Notes under the pieces: model-generated | The model's input: only the letters and a program-made list of their open reading frames with translations | Told to the model about the DNA's origin: nothing | The model's database searches: none | In this document: positions 61,812 through 64,000 of the stretch, piece by piece | Layout of the letters: each line of letters begins with the position of its first letter | How positions within the stretch are numbered: the stretch's first letter is position 1 | NCBI GenBank assembly: GCA_964247055.1 | Contig: OZ176051.1 | Span: 12,772,001 to 12,836,000, forward strand | Direction: 5' to 3' | Source: Paragordius varius | Taxonomy: Eukaryota > Animalia > Nematomorpha | Length of the DNA stretch: 64,000 bases | Program-made: the position numbers and the translations under genes

Positions 61812-62694
61812 TTAAATTAAAATTTTAACAGTAAAAATTTATGCATAATATGTAAAAATATAAAACAACATTACGACCAATTTTCCTAAATTATTGTATT
61901 AAATAACAAAATATGTAATTGATTGCTTCACCAATATGCATGCATCTCAATCAAACAATAATTAAATAAGTTTTAAAAAAACACAATCTTTTTTAATATA
62001 TCTGTTTTTAAGTTTTTACTTATTGTCTGTATAATTTCGATTTTTACGGTATTTAAATCAATTAAATTTTAATACAGTATAAAATAAGCATTTTTAAAAG
62101 TTAAAATTCCTCATTCCTAATCTGCTCAAACAAATTTAAATTCAAGGCTAATTATCCGATAATGGCTCGTTTTTAAACAAGTTTAGAATAGAACATGTGC
62201 TATTTTATTTAAGCGTGTCAACAGCTGTTTAAATATCGGCAATTGCATGATTAAAGAACTGATTCTTAATCAATACCTGCACATTACAGTGCTTATGCAT
62301 GGTTCTAATTGTTGCTTATCAGAATTTTTAAGTTTAGTTCAAAGAAACTTGCCTCCATGGGACGTGTCCAAAAACTTAAAACTTTCGGAGAATCCGCATT
62401 TGAATTTAATAAAAATATTTGTTTTTATATATAGCTTACGATATATTTTAGTGACGTTTTCTGGAAAAAAAAGCATTTATATTTCACAAAGAATTATATT
62501 AAATGTGAAAAAACTTTGCTATTTTCTTATCTGGAGCAATAGAAAACTGTTTTCAACTTTCTTTATTACATTCGTAAGTCCAAAACCAAAAGTACCATGA
62601 TAAACCTAATAATTCTTTTCTAAAATTTATATATTTCATAAGATGTGTTATAATATATATTGTGCGAAGTGTTATATCATACTTTATACTGTAG

Positions 62695-62986
62695 GACTGG
62701 GGATAAACGCAAGAAACGTAGGGCCCCAAATTTGCACAAGAGATCGGATTATTGGATAAAGGGTTTATTCTTATTTTTTATTTTTCTTTCACACGGCTAT
62801 AAAAATATCTTTTTTTTAGAGCCGGTAGAAAATGGTATTGGGTACTATCAATCTTGTCACAGCCCTGGACTCTCTGCCGCAATTTATCAAACTAAAAAAA
62901 TTGACCGCGGTTACGAAAACATTTTGTCATTCTATGCAGCTGAATTAGAGGTTTTAAATATGCTCCATATTTACATTAGGTTTTGA
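62695..62986 (+). CDS. candidate two-exon coding module, cassette copy 3 (exons 62695-62762, 62820-)
   Basis: TGDKRKKRRAPNLHKRSDYWIK|EPVENGIGYYQSCHSPG..; junction phases match, upstream exon unresolved. Confidence 0.35.
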
Positions 62987-63249
62987 AATTAGTTCTGATT
63001 TTCGATATTTTATTTAGATTTTGACAAAAACTCCCATGAAAATATATTGGCGCAAGAGAAAAGATCTATTACGGAGAAAAGAGTGAATCAATCTATAGAA
63101 ATATCATCTTATAAAATTTATTTAATTTAGATATTTTTTATCATTATTAGCTCATCTTTTAATTAAATATAGTTTAGCTTTTTTTTGCCAATGTGATTTT
63201 TTTTGGAAAAACTGGTTTTAATATCTATTAATAAATTGATAATTTTGAT

Positions 63250-64000
63250 ATGTTGTTGTAGTCAATTATCAATCAGTAGAGAATTTATAGGAAAATTCTT
63301 TCACTCGGTGTTTATGGGTTTCTTGATTTTTACTATGACATTTTGTAGATTAAATTTCGTCTATCCAACAAATACATCGTAGTCCTCTTGCTTAACATTA
63401 TATACGTTTTCAAATATCCTCTAATTATGTGTCAAAAATAACTGATTGTTATTTTACCACAAAGCGTGTACGTTTATTTTGTTTACGATATTGTCTTAAC
63501 CTTGTCCTTCCATCTAGCCGTACCTGATAAGGAATATTAGGGATTTTATTTATCGGATTTCGGATTCTAAAAGTATATCATAAGATTTCCATAGTTTAAA
63601 ATGTGTGGTTAAATGCATTTGCTATAGGCCTTTTTATGTAGGAACTTAATTTGTTGATAATGTTTACCAGGAATGTGTACCTTAATCACTAATTTTTTTG
63701 TTATTAATCCGAAGCGAGATATATGTGTAATAAAAGTTGATGCATAATTTAATTTTGAGATTTCAATGTTAGATAGTATTTGCAGACATTTATAAAAGTT
63801 TAGAGCCTGTTTTCGAGGCTTGTTTGTATGTCGGCTTAGATTACCGTTTTCTTAACATAGTTAAGAGTCTTGAAAGTGTGAACCCCTACTTTTATTTCAG
63901 GCAGAATTATATCCCTACTGAAGAATTCCAGATAAATGTTGAACAATATGGGGGATACAATGCAGCCTAACGTAAACCTGTTTTCATTGGGCTCCAGGCG
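63250..64000 (-). mobile_element. decayed RTE LINE fragment at the cassette edge
   Basis: Reverse-complement homolog of 26740-28155 (RT remnant and 3' end). Confidence 0.75.

Larger units (their letters stand above)
59490..64000. repeat. duplicated cassette, copy 3 (inverted; runs off the window end)
   Basis: Reverse complement of ~26740-32010, lacking the 27154-27811 MITE. Confidence 0.85.

Noticed and set aside
62435-62573. Putative upstream exon (AG..GTAAGT) for the KRKKR module
   Set aside because: Its only open frame ends in phase 0, which gives an immediate stop in the next exon, and the copies disagree in frame.

Overview
This is a very AT-rich eukaryotic (animal-like) genomic window with ultra-short spliceosomal introns, dominated by transposon relics. 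It is not prokaryotic, and I found no CRISPR, rRNA or tRNA genes. Recognisable host genes are RPL35A (introns of 21, 26 and 25 nt), a convergent DMAC2/ATP5SL-like gene (22-nt intron), an intronless peptidase C45 (Tan/IAT-like Ntn hydrolase) and the 3' part of an unidentified multi-exon gene. A roughly 4-5 kb cassette occurs three times, twice in direct orientation and once inverted. Each copy carries a three-exon gene for an unrecognised ~145-148 aa secreted Cys-containing protein ending in a Pro-rich linker and an Asp/Glu/Tyr tail; two copies are intact and one is frameshifted. This is the best candidate for an undescribed system. Mobile DNA includes three non-autonomous Helitrons (two head-to-head, one carrying a 513-bp tandem array), two decayed Mag-like Ty3/gypsy elements, a Harbinger derivative nested in one of them, a full-length but disabled RTE LINE with an 11-bp TSD, older RTE fragments, a Chapaev3-like remnant, and TTAA-flanked (piggyBac-like) and TA-flanked palindromic MITE families. 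All calls were made by manual reading and motif recall; no database search was run.
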